64,000 bases of DNA from Vicinamibacteria bacterium. Its GTDB lineage: Bacteria; Acidobacteriota; Vicinamibacteria; Marinacidobacterales; Marinacidobacteraceae. Both the position numbers and the translations under genes were made by a program. The notes under the pieces were generated by a model. It ran no database searches and had not been told where the DNA came from. It was given only the letters and a program-made list of their open reading frames with translations. The DNA lies in the NCBI GenBank assembly GCA_965232015.1, contig OZ246946.1, positions 60,688-124,687 on the forward strand. The letters are read 5' to 3'. This document shows positions 34,004-44,062 of the stretch, in pieces. The stretch's first letter is position 1. Every line of letters begins with the position of its first letter.

Positions 34004-35314
34004 CTACGCAAGCGAACGGCGCGTGAGATCCAGGGCGCGAACGGCGTCGTCCGCGGTGAACGTCAGCGCCGGCCGGAACCGAACCGTCCGCGGCCCGCAC
34101 CCGAGGATGAGCAGCTCGTTCTCGTAGGCGCGGGCGAGGAATGCGTCCCGCTCGGCGGTCGTCGGGAGATCGAACGCGCACAGCAGCCCCCGTCCGCGCA
34201 CTCGACTCACGCGTGCGTCGCTCGCCGCCAGCTCGTGGAGCCCGGCGAGCAGGACCGTCCCGACGCGTTCGGCGTTCCCGAGCAGGCCGTCGCGCTCCAT
34301 GACCTCGAGGATCCGCCCGCAGCGGACCATGTCCACCAGACTTCCACCGAACGTGGAGTTGATCCGCGAGGACAGACGGAACACGTTGTCCGGGACCTCG
34401 TCCACTCGCCGGCCGGCCAGGATCCCGCAGATGCCCGCCTTCTTGCCGAACGCCAGCACGTCCGGTGCGGCGTCGAAGTGCTGGTAGCACCACATCCGCC
34501 CGGTCACGCCCATGCCGCTTTGGACTTCGTCGAAGATCAGCAGGAACTCGTGCTCGTCGGCGAGACGGCGCAGCTCGACGAGGAACTCGCCGCGGAAGTG
34601 GTGGTCGCCGCCCTCACCCTGGATGGGCTCGATGATGAGCCCGGCGATATCGTGCCCGTGCTCGTGAACCGCGGCTTCGATCGCGGCCAGCGCCCGGGCC
34701 TCGGCTGCCTCGGTCTCGGCCCGGCGGGTCGCCTCCGGATAGCGGATGCGCGGGTTCTCGATCCGCGGCCAGTCGAACCGCGGGAAGTAGGCGACCTTCA
34801 TCGGCTCGGTGTTCGTGAGGGACAGCGAGTACCCGGTGCGCCCGTGGAACGCCTCGCGAAAGTGGATGATCCGGCTGCCGATCTCCCCCCGCCCGGCGGC
34901 GAGGTTCTTCCGCACCTTCCAGTCGAAGGCGACCTTCAGCGCGTTCTCCACCGCGACCGAACCCCCGGCGATGAAGAACGCGTGGGGCAGCTCGGGAGGG
35001 ATCGCGACGCGGGAGAAGGCGTCGAGGAAACGGGCCATCTCCACGGTGTAGAAGTCGGAGTTGGACGGGTTGTGGACGGCCACGCGCCCGATCCGATCGA
35101 GGAACTCCGGCTCCACGAGGGCCGGATGGTTGTGGCCGAGGGGACTCGAGGCGTAGTAGGTGAAGCAATCGAGGAAGCGTCGCCCCGATTTCTCGCATGC
35201 GAGCCAGGATCCTCGGCTCTTCTCGAGGTCGAGGACGAGATCCAGTCCGTCGGTGATCAGGTGCCGACGCAGACGGTCGTGGACGGAAGCTGCCTGGGAT
35301 GCCCGAGTGTCCAT
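34004..35314 (-). CDS. lat: L-lysine 6-transaminase (class-III aminotransferase)
   Basis: 436 aa. N-terminal LVLDLEKSRGSWL, FTYYASSPLGHNHP, the FHGRTGYSLSLTN segment and FDEVQSGMGVTG (PLP lysine region) match lysine-epsilon aminotransferases. Confidence 0.8.
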   Translation of the reverse strand: MDTRASQAASVHDRLRRHLITDGLDLVLDLEKSRGSWLACEKSGRRFLDCFTYYASSPLGHNHPALVEPEFLDRIGRVAVHNPSNSDFYTVEMARFLDAFSRVAIPPELPHAFFIAGGSVAVENALKVAFDWKVRKNLAAGRGEIGSRIIHFREAFHGRTGYSLSLTNTEPMKVAYFPRFDWPRIENPRIRYPEATRRAETEAAEARALAAIEAAVHEHGHDIAGLIIEPIQGEGGDHHFRGEFLVELRRLADEHEFLLIFDEVQSGMGVTGRMWCYQHFDAAPDVLAFGKKAGICGILAGRRVDEVPDNVFRLSSRINSTFGGSLVDMVRCGRILEVMERDGLLGNAERVGTVLLAGLHELAASDARVSRVRGRGLLCAFDLPTTAERDAFLARAYENELLILGCGPRTVRFRPALTFTADDAVRALDLTRRSLA

Positions 35315-35377
35315 GGGGCGATCCTACCCACGATCGTCGTCCGACCGAGCCGCGCTGTACCCCGTCGCGGTCCGGAC

Positions 35378-35983
35378 TCAGCCGCCGACGAGGATGCGAA
35401 GTCCCAGCAACGTGAGAACAGCCGCGGCGCCACGGTCCACCCAGACCTTGGCGCCCAGGGTTCGGCGGACCACCGCTTCGGTCGTCAGAAACATCGAGAG
35501 CACCGCATAGAACGCCAGTTCGATGACGAGGTGGTTCCCGGCGATCAGGAGGCTGCCCGGGAGGTCCAGACCTCCGGGGAAGATCGCGACGAGGACCGCG
35601 GCCGCGAACAGGATCGCCTTCGGATTCAGGAGGTTGATCAGGAGCCCCTGCGTGAAGGCGCGCCTCGCGGCCGCGGGCCGCGCACCCAGCGGGTCCCGGG
35701 CCCTTCGCCACATGTGAACCCCGAGGTAGAGCAGATAGACGGCGCCCGCCGCACGGCCCACGATGAGCGCCTGGGGGAAGTGCTCGAAGACCGCGGCGAG
35801 ACCGAGCAGCGCCAGAAGCGTCCACATGGACGCCATGAGCCCCAGCCCGCAGCCCAGCGCCATCCCGGCGATCCGCCCGGCGCTCAGATTCGTCTGGAGC
35901 GCCATCAGCAGCGCGGGCCCCGGGCTGAACATCGAAACGATCAGCGCCACGTTGAACGCGACGATCTGCCCTCCGGTCATCAT
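35378..35983 (-). CDS. LysE/RhtB-family amino acid exporter
   Basis: 201 aa with about 6 TM segments. N-terminal FSPGPALLMAL and mid-protein NLLNPKAILFAAAV motifs. Confidence 0.85.
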   Translation of the reverse strand: MMTGGQIVAFNVALIVSMFSPGPALLMALQTNLSAGRIAGMALGCGLGLMASMWTLLALLGLAAVFEHFPQALIVGRAAGAVYLLYLGVHMWRRARDPLGARPAAARRAFTQGLLINLLNPKAILFAAAVLVAIFPGGLDLPGSLLIAGNHLVIELAFYAVLSMFLTTEAVVRRTLGAKVWVDRGAAAVLTLLGLRILVGG

Positions 35984-36105
35984 GAGAATCCAGGGAACGG
36001 GCCATCAGGTTGCGGCACCCCGAAGCTCCCCTTGGTTCTGGAATGTGCGCCACCGAGGATCCGATCCGGTCACAGAACTGAGTGGTTAGAATAACCGGTC
36101 TGAAC

Positions 36106-36357
36106 ATGCGCCAAGTACCCACAACCGAAGTCAAGTCACGGTTCGCCGAGTTCCTGCGGACCGTCGAACGGGGACAGAAGCTCGCGATCAGTCGTCACGG
36201 CAAGGTGATCGCGTACCTCGTTCCCGCCGAGGAGGCGCAGCGGGCCGCGTGTCGGGAGGGTGTGAATCGCTTCCTGGCCGCAGCCCGTCGGTGGAGATCC
36301 GCCGGGTTCACGCGTGAAGAGGCTCTTGCCGCCCGCCACGAAGGCCACCGCTTCTGA
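36106..36357 (+). CDS. Phd/YefM-family antitoxin
   Basis: ATG at 36106. MRQVPTTEVKSRFAEFLRTVERGQKLAISRHGKVIAYLVP is the typical Phd/YefM N-terminus. A 13-nt palindrome GGTTAGAATAACC (36084-36096) lies just upstream. Confidence 0.7.
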   Translation: MRQVPTTEVKSRFAEFLRTVERGQKLAISRHGKVIAYLVPAEEAQRAACREGVNRFLAAARRWRSAGFTREEALAARHEGHRF

Positions 36358-36362
36358 CGCCG

Positions 36363-36764
36363 GTGGTCCTCGACGCTTCGGTCGTCATCGCGTGGCTGCT
36401 CGAGGAACAGCATCCGGAAGTGCCTGGCTTGGTGGATCGACTCGGCGAGGGAATCTCGATCGTCCCGGACCTGTGGCATTTGGAAGTGCGCAATGCCCTG
36501 GTCATCGCGGTGCGCCGGGACCGCCTGACGTTCCCCGAGGTCCGACTGCGGCTCGACGACCTGCGTGCGCTGAGGATGACGACGGATTCGGCCCCCGACC
36601 TGGACATCGCGCTGGACCTGGCCGCCCGTCATGGCCTCACGTACTACGATGCGATCTACCTGGAGCTCGCAAAGCGCCGTTCCTCAGTCCTTGCGACATT
36701 CGACAGGAACCTCGCCCTGGCTGCGATCACGGAGGGCGTCGAAGTGCTGCCAGATCCTGACTGA
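36363..36764 (+). CDS. vapC: PIN-domain toxin (VapC family)
   Basis: VLDASVVIAWLL, LWHLEVRNAL, YYDAIYLELA and ATFDRNL motifs, a PIN acidic residue pattern. Lies 6 nt after the antitoxin. Confidence 0.85.
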   Translation: MVLDASVVIAWLLEEQHPEVPGLVDRLGEGISIVPDLWHLEVRNALVIAVRRDRLTFPEVRLRLDDLRALRMTTDSAPDLDIALDLAARHGLTYYDAIYLELAKRRSSVLATFDRNLALAAITEGVEVLPDPD

Positions 36765-36836
36765 CGCAGTCAGGCGCCCCGACTCCCCGCAGCGTGACGC
36801 AGTGTGGGTGCGCCCCCGGGGCCATACACTCGGGAC

Positions 36837-37742
36837 GTGTTCCGTAATCGGTGGCTCCCGCTCTTCGCCGGTGGGGTGCTCCTGGTCGGCGCCGCGCTGT
36901 CCGGGGCGCAGGCAGCCGATCCGGTGGTGCGCGTCTTCGAGGTGAGGCGGATCAACTCCGACTTCGGCCCGATCGAGGAGCTCTCGTTCCGGCTCGAGAA
37001 CGACGGCTCCCGGGTCCAGCCGTCGCAGTGGCTCGCCACGCTGGCGCGTCGGGTGCCGGAGGGCTTCCTGGCGCAGCTCCTCTCGCTGCGCCCCGCGCGA
37101 ATTGGCGGGGATGGTGCTTCGATCTGGGAGGGGAGCCGCTCTCGCGGGCGCCGCGGCGTCCGCGTACGCATCGAGGACCACCCGGGAGACGCGACCGAAG
37201 CGGCCGCTACGCATGTCGAGCTGGCGCTCCTGCGCGACGGGGAGCCGGTGTGGTCCGCAGCCGCCGCCGATGCGCTCGACGTGGGCGCCACGGCGGTCCT
37301 GAGCGGTCGCGACTTCGAGGTGAGCCCCAGCCGCTACCTGAGCTGGTTCCGTGAGACCGCGGACCTCCCCGCCCGCGAGCGCCTCTACGGCAGGCTGCGC
37401 GACCACTCGATCTGGCTGGTCGTCACCGTGAGCCGGCCTGCCGAAGCAGCGGTCGCCGTCGCCCCGCTGCGGCGGGACCCGCCGGAGGACCCGCGACTTC
37501 AGACGCTCGAGAGTTCTGTCGCGCCGGAGGCCACCGGCACCGCGGAGCTTCGGATCCGACTCGACGACGACGGCCGTCCCCGCCACTTCGACATCGCCTC
37601 CACGACGCTGCCCGAGGTCACGCCCCGCCTGCTCGGGATCGCCTCCGGGTGGCGGTTCCCGGATGCGGCCGACCGGGAAGTCCTGGTCAACGTCCCGGTT
37701 GCGACCCGCCCGGCCCGGCGACCGCCTCCGCGACCCGACTGA
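36837..37742 (+). CDS. Hypothetical secreted protein
   Basis: GTG at 36837 gives a signal-like N-terminus (LPLFAGGVLLVGAALSGAQA). No family recognised. The C-terminal ~70 aa is vaguely TonB-C-like (unverified). Confidence 0.5.
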   Translation: MFRNRWLPLFAGGVLLVGAALSGAQAADPVVRVFEVRRINSDFGPIEELSFRLENDGSRVQPSQWLATLARRVPEGFLAQLLSLRPARIGGDGASIWEGSRSRGRRGVRVRIEDHPGDATEAAATHVELALLRDGEPVWSAAAADALDVGATAVLSGRDFEVSPSRYLSWFRETADLPARERLYGRLRDHSIWLVVTVSRPAEAAVAVAPLRRDPPEDPRLQTLESSVAPEATGTAELRIRLDDDGRPRHFDIASTTLPEVTPRLLGIASGWRFPDAADREVLVNVPVATRPARRPPPRPD

Positions 37743-37769
37743 GCGGGAGGGCCGACCCCCGGGTGGCGA

Positions 37770-39215
37770 TCAGTTCCCTGCGGCCTCCCGGATGGAGTAG
37801 AGGTGGCTTCGCGTGCGGATGAGGAGCCGGTCCCCCACGATGGCGGGAGAGGCGAGCGTCCAGTCGTCGAGCCGGTTCACACCCAGCAGGTTGTAGGTCG
37901 CGCCCGCCTCGATGACGTAGGTGTCTCCCTCTTCGCCGAGCGCGAAGACTCTGCCGTTGTAGGCCCACGGCGACGCGGTGAACGCCGCCGCTCCCGGGGC
38001 GATGCGCGAGCGATACACCCGCTCCCCGGTCTCGACATCGTGGCGCGAGAAGATCCCCCGCGAATACAGCACATAGAGCGCTCCGTCGTGGATCAGCGGC
38101 GTCGGCAGATAGGTGCCGCCCGCGATCCGCTCGTACCAGGCGACGTGTTCGCTCTCGGTCCGCCCTTCCGCGGGCGTGATGTCGCCGAGGCCGCCGGGCC
38201 GGATCGCCACCAGCGGCCGCTCATCGCCGCCGCTGGCGCCCGAGTTCACGAACAGGTGATCTCCCCACGCGAACGGACTCTGGATCGGGGAGCCGCCCAT
38301 CCGTCCCAGCCGCCAGAGTTCGGTTCCGTCGAGCCCGTAGCTGATGATGAGACCGGGGCCGCTGGTCACGATCTCGCTGCGCGCCTCGGTCTCCCACACG
38401 AACGGGGTGGACCAGCCGGTCCGGCGCCGGGCCTCGAAACTGCGATACGCCCACCAAACCGGCTCTCCGGTGCGGCGATCGAATGCGGCGAGGTAGCCGT
38501 CCTCCTCGTTGTCGTTCAGCACATAGACCCGGTCGCTGTGGAGCGCGGGAGACGCGCCCGTGCCAAAGTCGCGCACCGTGGGCCGGGCCTCGATGGGCCG
38601 CGTCCAGAGCTCGTTGCCGTCGAGGTCGAACGCGAACAGGCCGTGGTGCGTGAAGTAGGCCACGACGACTTCGCCGTCAGTGACCGGCGTCTCGGAGGCG
38701 TAGCTGTTCTTGCGGTGCCGTCCGCCGAGAGGTCGGCCGCGATAGACCTCCCGGGTCCAGAGCACCTCCCCCGAGCCGAGGTCGAGGCCGAGGACATGGA
38801 GCGCGATCTCGACCTCGTCCGGCATCTCCCGGTCGCGGGCGTAGAGCCGCCGGTTCACCTCTTCCGGCGGAAGCCCCTGCGCCTGCAGCTCGGCGATGTA
38901 GTCGTTGCTGAAGTCGGTCCCGAGGGACGGCCCCTTCATCGGTCCCGCGCTGGTGGCGGTGGTGAGGAAGACCCGATCGCCCCAGACGATCGGCGACGAC
39001 CAGCCCACGCCGGGGACTTCGGCGACCCACTCCACGTTCTCGGTCGTGGACCAGCGGGTGGGCAGGTCGGGATGGGTTCCGACCGGGTTCGAGAGCGGCC
39101 CCCGGAACCGGGGCCAGTTCGGGGTCTCGTCGCCCTCCTGGCCGGAACGCCCGGCGTGCGCCGCGACCGGCAGGGCGGCGAGCGCCAGCGCGAGCAAGGC
39201 GGGCCCGGGCTTCAT
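37770..39215 (-). CDS. Secreted PQQ-like/BamB-like beta-propeller repeat protein
   Basis: Start MKPGPALLALAL (cat 39213-39215). Repeated W-containing blades (VEWVAEVPGVGWSSPIVWGDRVFL, LWTRE..., ELWR...). Start overlaps the upstream gene stop by 4 nt. Confidence 0.8.
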   Translation of the reverse strand: MKPGPALLALALAALPVAAHAGRSGQEGDETPNWPRFRGPLSNPVGTHPDLPTRWSTTENVEWVAEVPGVGWSSPIVWGDRVFLTTATSAGPMKGPSLGTDFSNDYIAELQAQGLPPEEVNRRLYARDREMPDEVEIALHVLGLDLGSGEVLWTREVYRGRPLGGRHRKNSYASETPVTDGEVVVAYFTHHGLFAFDLDGNELWTRPIEARPTVRDFGTGASPALHSDRVYVLNDNEEDGYLAAFDRRTGEPVWWAYRSFEARRRTGWSTPFVWETEARSEIVTSGPGLIISYGLDGTELWRLGRMGGSPIQSPFAWGDHLFVNSGASGGDERPLVAIRPGGLGDITPAEGRTESEHVAWYERIAGGTYLPTPLIHDGALYVLYSRGIFSRHDVETGERVYRSRIAPGAAAFTASPWAYNGRVFALGEEGDTYVIEAGATYNLLGVNRLDDWTLASPAIVGDRLLIRTRSHLYSIREAAGN

Positions 39216-40075
39216 TCGGGGTAGAGGGAGGGAGGCATTCCCGTCCGCTTGCTGCCCGCGTTCTTCCACGCGTCGTAGCGCATCCGGAGCGCGACCACCG
39301 GATTCGCGTCCTCGTGGGGCTGGATGTCCTCGTCGGTCGCCCCGATGTAGGCGGTGTAGTCGCCGTCGTTATGCGAGACGCCGAGCGCGTCGTCCCGGTT
39401 CGCGATGGCGATGTAGGCGACGTGCGAGGTCTTCCCGGAACAGGGAGCGGCGGGTTTCGGCTCTTCCTCGCAGGTGCACCGCTTGTCTCCGCCGGCGTCG
39501 TCGGCCGCCTCCATCGCCGCCATCACGCGATCGGCGAGGGTTCCGCTCGCCTTGGTGAACGCGAGCGCCGCGTCCTCCGCCACCCGGTCGTTGAACAGGA
39601 TGTTCCCCTGGACCTGGAAGAAGATGTCGTCCCCCACCTGCCCGGCGACGTAGAGCGATGCGGCGCTGTTTCGTGAACCGTTGAAGCCCGCGGTGCGTCC
39701 CTGGAGGTCCACGATGCCGAACTGCCGGCGCTCCATGGCGGGCTCGTCTTTCGCGTTCTCGTGCTCGCGCAGGAGTTCGATGATCCGCTCCGGATCGGTC
39801 CCCTTGCGGATCTCCTCGTAAACCAGCATCTGGTTCGCCCGGGTGTTGTCCACGCCCGCCTGGCAGGCCGCGACCCCCACGCCGGGCACGATGACGGCCT
39901 GGATGTCCATCAGGTCGCGCGACGGCCGCGGTGGGAAGCGCGACTGCCGGACGCAGGTCGCGGACGCGATGATGACCTGGCCGCTGTTGCGGTCCACCGC
40001 GATCACGGACCAGGTGGCGAGCGCCGGGGAAGGCGCCGCGAAGAGCAGCGCAAGCAGCAGCCCGATGCGTTTCAT
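39212..40075 (-). CDS. DUF1028-like (Ntn-hydrolase-fold) secreted protein
   Basis: Start MKRIGLLLALL (cat 40073-40075). TWSVIAVDRNSGQVIIASATC after the signal cleavage region resembles the T/S-F-S-I-VA-D N-terminus of DUF1028 proteins. Confidence 0.7.
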   Translation of the reverse strand: MKRIGLLLALLFAAPSPALATWSVIAVDRNSGQVIIASATCVRQSRFPPRPSRDLMDIQAVIVPGVGVAACQAGVDNTRANQMLVYEEIRKGTDPERIIELLREHENAKDEPAMERRQFGIVDLQGRTAGFNGSRNSAASLYVAGQVGDDIFFQVQGNILFNDRVAEDAALAFTKASGTLADRVMAAMEAADDAGGDKRCTCEEEPKPAAPCSGKTSHVAYIAIANRDDALGVSHNDGDYTAYIGATDEDIQPHEDANPVVALRMRYDAWKNAGSKRTGMPPSLYPE

Positions 40076-40287
40076 GGATCCCTCCCGCGCCCCCGGAGCC
40101 TTCCCGGCGACGCTCCGTCGTATGGTGTCAGAATCCGCGCGCCGTCCCGACACCGACCTCTCCATCGTCGTCTGGAACCCATAGTTGGCGCGGTACATCG
40201 CGGATTGAGAGCAGGGGAGGCCGCGACCTGTCGGAGAGTCGCCGCGGCAAGCTCTTGGGAGAGTGGAATCAGGAGTCCCCCATCATC

Positions 40288-41379
40288 ATGATCGAGCCTG
40301 CGCCGAGATCCGACCGACACCGTCTGTCGAATCTCCAGCACTCCCTCCGGCATCGGAATACATGGGACGATGTCCCGCTGCCGGAGGTCCGGCTGAAGGA
40401 TCTTGATCGGGTCGCGACGGATTGGTTCCGCAAGAGGGCCGCGGCGAGTGGGCTCGTGGCTTCGGCGATCCTCGGGGGCGCAGACGAGAGCCTGGCCGAG
40501 GATCTCCACTTGCGGGAGGGGCCGTATCTCACTCGCGCCGCAGCCCTGCTGTTCCACCGGGCGCCCCAGCGGTTGTTTCCCCGGGCCTGCCTGAAGATCG
40601 GTTCCTTCCGTGGTTCGGAACTGCTGTTCCAGGATGTCGTCGAGGGCAACCTGTTCGCACAGGTGGACCGGGCCGTGGATCTCCTCGAGACGAAGTACAC
40701 GCGCGGTCTCGTGTCCTATGACGGCGTCCATCGCGTGGAGACCTTCCCGGTCCCGCGGGAGGCGATGCGGGAAGCCGTGATCAACGCGGTCATCCACCGC
40801 GACTACGCCAGCCCGACGGCGATCCAGATCCGGGTCTCCGACGACCGGATCTCGATCTGGAACGCCGCCGTACTCTCGCCGGAGTGGTTCGCCGAGCATC
40901 TCGCGGAGGAGCTCGCCTCGCGACCGCACAACCCCCGCATCGCGGGCGCCTTCTTCCGGGCCGGCATGATCGAGGCTTGGGGACGTGGCATCCGCAGGAT
41001 CGTGGACCTGTGCGCTCAGGCCGGCAACCCGACTCCGACCTGGCGGTTCACGGGAGGTGGCGATGGTCTCCGCGTCCGATTCCCGTTCTCGGAGGCCTAC
41101 CGGGCCGCCGATGCCGCAGCGCGCGGGCTTGCGACCCGGAACGGCGACGAGACCACCCGGATCACTACCCGGAAAACCGGAGGAACTACCCCGAAACCGG
41201 TCCCCGAGCGGATCCTGGACTCGCTGCGAGCGGAACCGGAGCTGACCCGGGGCGCGCTCGCGCAGCGCGTCGGTCTCACCCCCGACGGAGTGAAGTACCA
41301 CTTGAAGAAGCTGAAGGCCTCCGGATCCCTCCGACGGGTCGGATCGCCGCGGTCGGGGCATTGGGAAGTGCTCCGATGA
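40288..41379 (+). CDS. RecG-C-terminal-like ATP-binding/DNA-binding regulator (HATPase_c_4 plus wHTH), apparently lacking the N-terminal AlbA_2 domain
   Basis: WDDVPLPEVRLKDLD, LTRAAALLFHR.P, AVINAVIHRDY, RPHNPRIAGAFFRAGMIEAWGRGIRRI and C-terminal LTPDGVKYHLKKLK. A TTG at 40255 is an alternative start. Confidence 0.75.
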   Translation: MIEPAPRSDRHRLSNLQHSLRHRNTWDDVPLPEVRLKDLDRVATDWFRKRAAASGLVASAILGGADESLAEDLHLREGPYLTRAAALLFHRAPQRLFPRACLKIGSFRGSELLFQDVVEGNLFAQVDRAVDLLETKYTRGLVSYDGVHRVETFPVPREAMREAVINAVIHRDYASPTAIQIRVSDDRISIWNAAVLSPEWFAEHLAEELASRPHNPRIAGAFFRAGMIEAWGRGIRRIVDLCAQAGNPTPTWRFTGGGDGLRVRFPFSEAYRAADAAARGLATRNGDETTRITTRKTGGTTPKPVPERILDSLRAEPELTRGALAQRVGLTPDGVKYHLKKLKASGSLRRVGSPRSGHWEVLR

Positions 41380-41436
41380 GGCCGGTCCGTCGCGCGATCC
41401 GGTTGTCGGCGAATCCTCCCGGCAGCCCGGCCTGCC

Positions 41437-41482
41437 TCAGCGCACCCCCAGCGCGGCGCCGTTAGTCTCCACCAGCCCCCGG
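41437..41482 (-). repeat. Decayed copy of the 3' end (including stop) of the polyprenol-kinase-like gene
   Basis: About 38/46 nt identical by hand alignment to 50537-50582. Minus-frame peptide GLVETNGAALGVR-stop versus ALVELSGAALGLR-stop. Confidence 0.5.
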
Positions 41483-41611
41483 ATCGCCCCCCCGGCGCGC
41501 CACCGATAGTCTGCCGGATGCGGCCGCAACATCTCGAGATGGCGGTCCGTGACGTGACCGATTCGCGGGCTGTCCGGTAGCCTTCCGCCCCCGTCTCGCT
41601 TCACACACTCC

Positions 41612-44062
41612 ATGGCCCTTCGCAAGTCCCATCTCTACTCCTCCCTCTGGCAGAGCTGCGACCAGCTTCGCGGCGGCATGGACGCGTCCCAGTACAAGGA
41701 CTACATCCTGACGCTGCTCTTCATGAAGTACGTCTCGGACAAGTACGGGAGCACGGCGGACCCTTTTTCTGACATCTTGATTCCGATGGGTGGCAGCTTC
41801 GCGGACATGGTGGAGCTCAAGGGCACGAAGGAGATCGGCGACGGGATCAACAAGGTGATCGGAAGGCTCGCTGACGCGAACCATGGTCTCCTCAAGGGGG
41901 TGGTGGACCAGGCCGACTTCAACGACGAGAGCAAGCTGGGGAAGGGACAGGAGATGAAGGACCGGCTCACGAAGCTGGTCGGAATCTTCGAAGGGCTCGA
42001 TCTCCGGGCGAATCGGGCCCACGGAGATGACCTGCTGGGTGACGCCTACGAGTACCTGATGCGGCACTTCGCGACCGAATCCGGCAAGAGCAAGGGCCAG
42101 TTCTACACGCCCGCCGAGGTCTCTCGAATCATGGCCCAGGTCATCGGGATCGGAGACCAGACGCGGCAGGACTCAACAGTCTATGATCCAACCTGCGGGT
42201 CTGGATCCCTCCTCATCCGGGCGGCGGACGTGGCTCCGCGCGGGCTCACGATCTACGGCCAGGAGAAGGATGTCGCCACCTGGACGATGGCCCGCATGAA
42301 CATGATCCTCCACGGGGAAGTGACGGCGGTCATCGAGCACGACAACACGCTCACGGCACCGCGCTTCACGGATGGTCCTGGCCGACTGAAGCGGTTCGAC
42401 TTCGCCGTCGCCAATCCTCCGTTCTCCGACAAGGCCTGGTCCAACGGCCTCGATCCCGACGGCGACGAGTTCCGCCGCTTCGAATACGGCGTCCCACCCG
42501 CGAAGAACGGCGACTATGCCTTTCTTCTCCACCTCATCGGTTCCCTGAGGAGCACGGGCCGGGGCGCCATCATCCTCCCCCACGGTGTCCTGTTCCGCGG
42601 CAACCGCGAGGCGCGCATTCGGCGTGAACTGCTCAAGCGGGGTCTGATCCTCGGCGTCATCGGGCTTCCCCCGAATCTCTTCTACGGGACCGGCATCCCG
42701 GCCTGCATCGTTGTGATCGACAAGGAAGGTGCGGCCACGCGCTCAGGCGTCCTCATGGTGGACGCCAGCAAGGGCTTCCGTAAGGACGGCGCCAAGAATC
42801 GGCTGCGGGAACGCGACATCCACCGCATCGTGGACGTGTTCAACAATCGGCGCGACACCCCGGGATACTCCCGCATGGTCGCGCTCGACGAGATTGCCAG
42901 CGACGCCAACGACTTCAACCTGAACATCCCCCGTTACGTGGCGCACCGCGAGCCGGAGGATCTGCACGACCTAGCGGCGCACCTTCAGGGCGGCATCCCG
43001 AATCGCGACATCGAGGCGCTCGACCACTACTGGCGCGCCTTGCCCGGCCTGCGAGAGGTGCTTTTCGGCCCGGGGCCCCGTCCGGGGACTAGTGAGGCCC
43101 GCCTCACGGCGAGCGAAGTTACCTCGGCCGTCCGTGAGCACGAGGCGGTTGTGGCGTATCGGAAGCGCATACGGCGTCTCTTCGATGATTGGGTGCGGCA
43201 ATGGGAGCCTCGCCTGCGCGGGCTCAGCAGGGACGACGCTCCGCCGTCGCTGATCCGGGACCCGTCTGAGGACCTGCTGCGTCGCTTCGAGGACCTGGTG
43301 CTCCTTGATGCCTATGACGTGTACCAGTGCCTGATGGACTACTGGGACGAAGTTATGCAGGACGACGTTGTGCTGGCGGTGACCGAGGGCTGGCTGGATG
43401 CGGCGCGCCCGCGCGTGCTGGTGAGCAAGAAGGGCAAGAAGGGAGAGCCCCCCGATCTGACGGTTCGGCGCAGGAAGTACAAGATGGACCTTCTGCCTCC
43501 CGACCTCCTCGTCGCGCGCTATTGCGCGGACGAGCAGCGCGAAGTGACGCGCCTGCGGGCCGAGCACGAGAGGATCGGGGGAGTAGTGGAGGCTATGAAG
43601 GAGGAAAACACGGGCGAAGCCGGCCTGCTGGCAGAGGCCACGACCGACGCCGGGAACGTGACGCAGGCTGCGGTGAAGGCGCGACTGCGGAAGATTCGCG
43701 ATGATCCCGGCGCCGGTGACGAGCGCGAAGTACTCGGCGTCTGCCTCGATCTGCTGAAGGCGCAAGCTCGCGCGAAGAAGGCGGCGAACGCCGCGCAGTC
43801 CAGTCTGGACGGGAAAGTCCTCGCCCGCTACGCCGTTCTCCGCGAGTCGGAAGTCGCCGCAATCGTGGTCGGCAGCAAGTGGATGGCGAGCATCGGGGAT
43901 GCGATCACGCGGCAGGTGGACCGCGTCGCGACTCGGCTCGCGGACCGGGTCCGGGTAATCCAGGAACGGTACGCCGAGACGCTGCCGGAGATCGTGGCGA
44001 GAGTCGAGGAGATGGAGACGCGTGTGAGGTCGCACCTGCGCGACATGAGAGTCGTCGGGTGA
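41612..44062 (+). CDS. hsdM: Type I restriction-modification system, N6-adenine DNA methyltransferase subunit (long form)
   Basis: N-terminal LWQSCDQLRGGMDASQYKDYILTLLFMKYVSD (HsdM_N). DPTCGSGSLL (SAM motif I). ANPPFS (motif IV). About 300-aa coiled-coil-like C-terminal extension. Confidence 0.9.
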   Translation: MALRKSHLYSSLWQSCDQLRGGMDASQYKDYILTLLFMKYVSDKYGSTADPFSDILIPMGGSFADMVELKGTKEIGDGINKVIGRLADANHGLLKGVVDQADFNDESKLGKGQEMKDRLTKLVGIFEGLDLRANRAHGDDLLGDAYEYLMRHFATESGKSKGQFYTPAEVSRIMAQVIGIGDQTRQDSTVYDPTCGSGSLLIRAADVAPRGLTIYGQEKDVATWTMARMNMILHGEVTAVIEHDNTLTAPRFTDGPGRLKRFDFAVANPPFSDKAWSNGLDPDGDEFRRFEYGVPPAKNGDYAFLLHLIGSLRSTGRGAIILPHGVLFRGNREARIRRELLKRGLILGVIGLPPNLFYGTGIPACIVVIDKEGAATRSGVLMVDASKGFRKDGAKNRLRERDIHRIVDVFNNRRDTPGYSRMVALDEIASDANDFNLNIPRYVAHREPEDLHDLAAHLQGGIPNRDIEALDHYWRALPGLREVLFGPGPRPGTSEARLTASEVTSAVREHEAVVAYRKRIRRLFDDWVRQWEPRLRGLSRDDAPPSLIRDPSEDLLRRFEDLVLLDAYDVYQCLMDYWDEVMQDDVVLAVTEGWLDAARPRVLVSKKGKKGEPPDLTVRRRKYKMDLLPPDLLVARYCADEQREVTRLRAEHERIGGVVEAMKEENTGEAGLLAEATTDAGNVTQAAVKARLRKIRDDPGAGDEREVLGVCLDLLKAQARAKKAANAAQSSLDGKVLARYAVLRESEVAAIVVGSKWMASIGDAITRQVDRVATRLADRVRVIQERYAETLPEIVARVEEMETRVRSHLRDMRVVG

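Noticed and set aside
41462-42067. 201-aa minus ORF overlapping the hsdM 5' region
   Set aside because: It is antisense to hsdM, which has a canonical HsdM_N sequence. Only its last ~19 codons are meaningful, as the duplicated kinase-gene tail reported separately.
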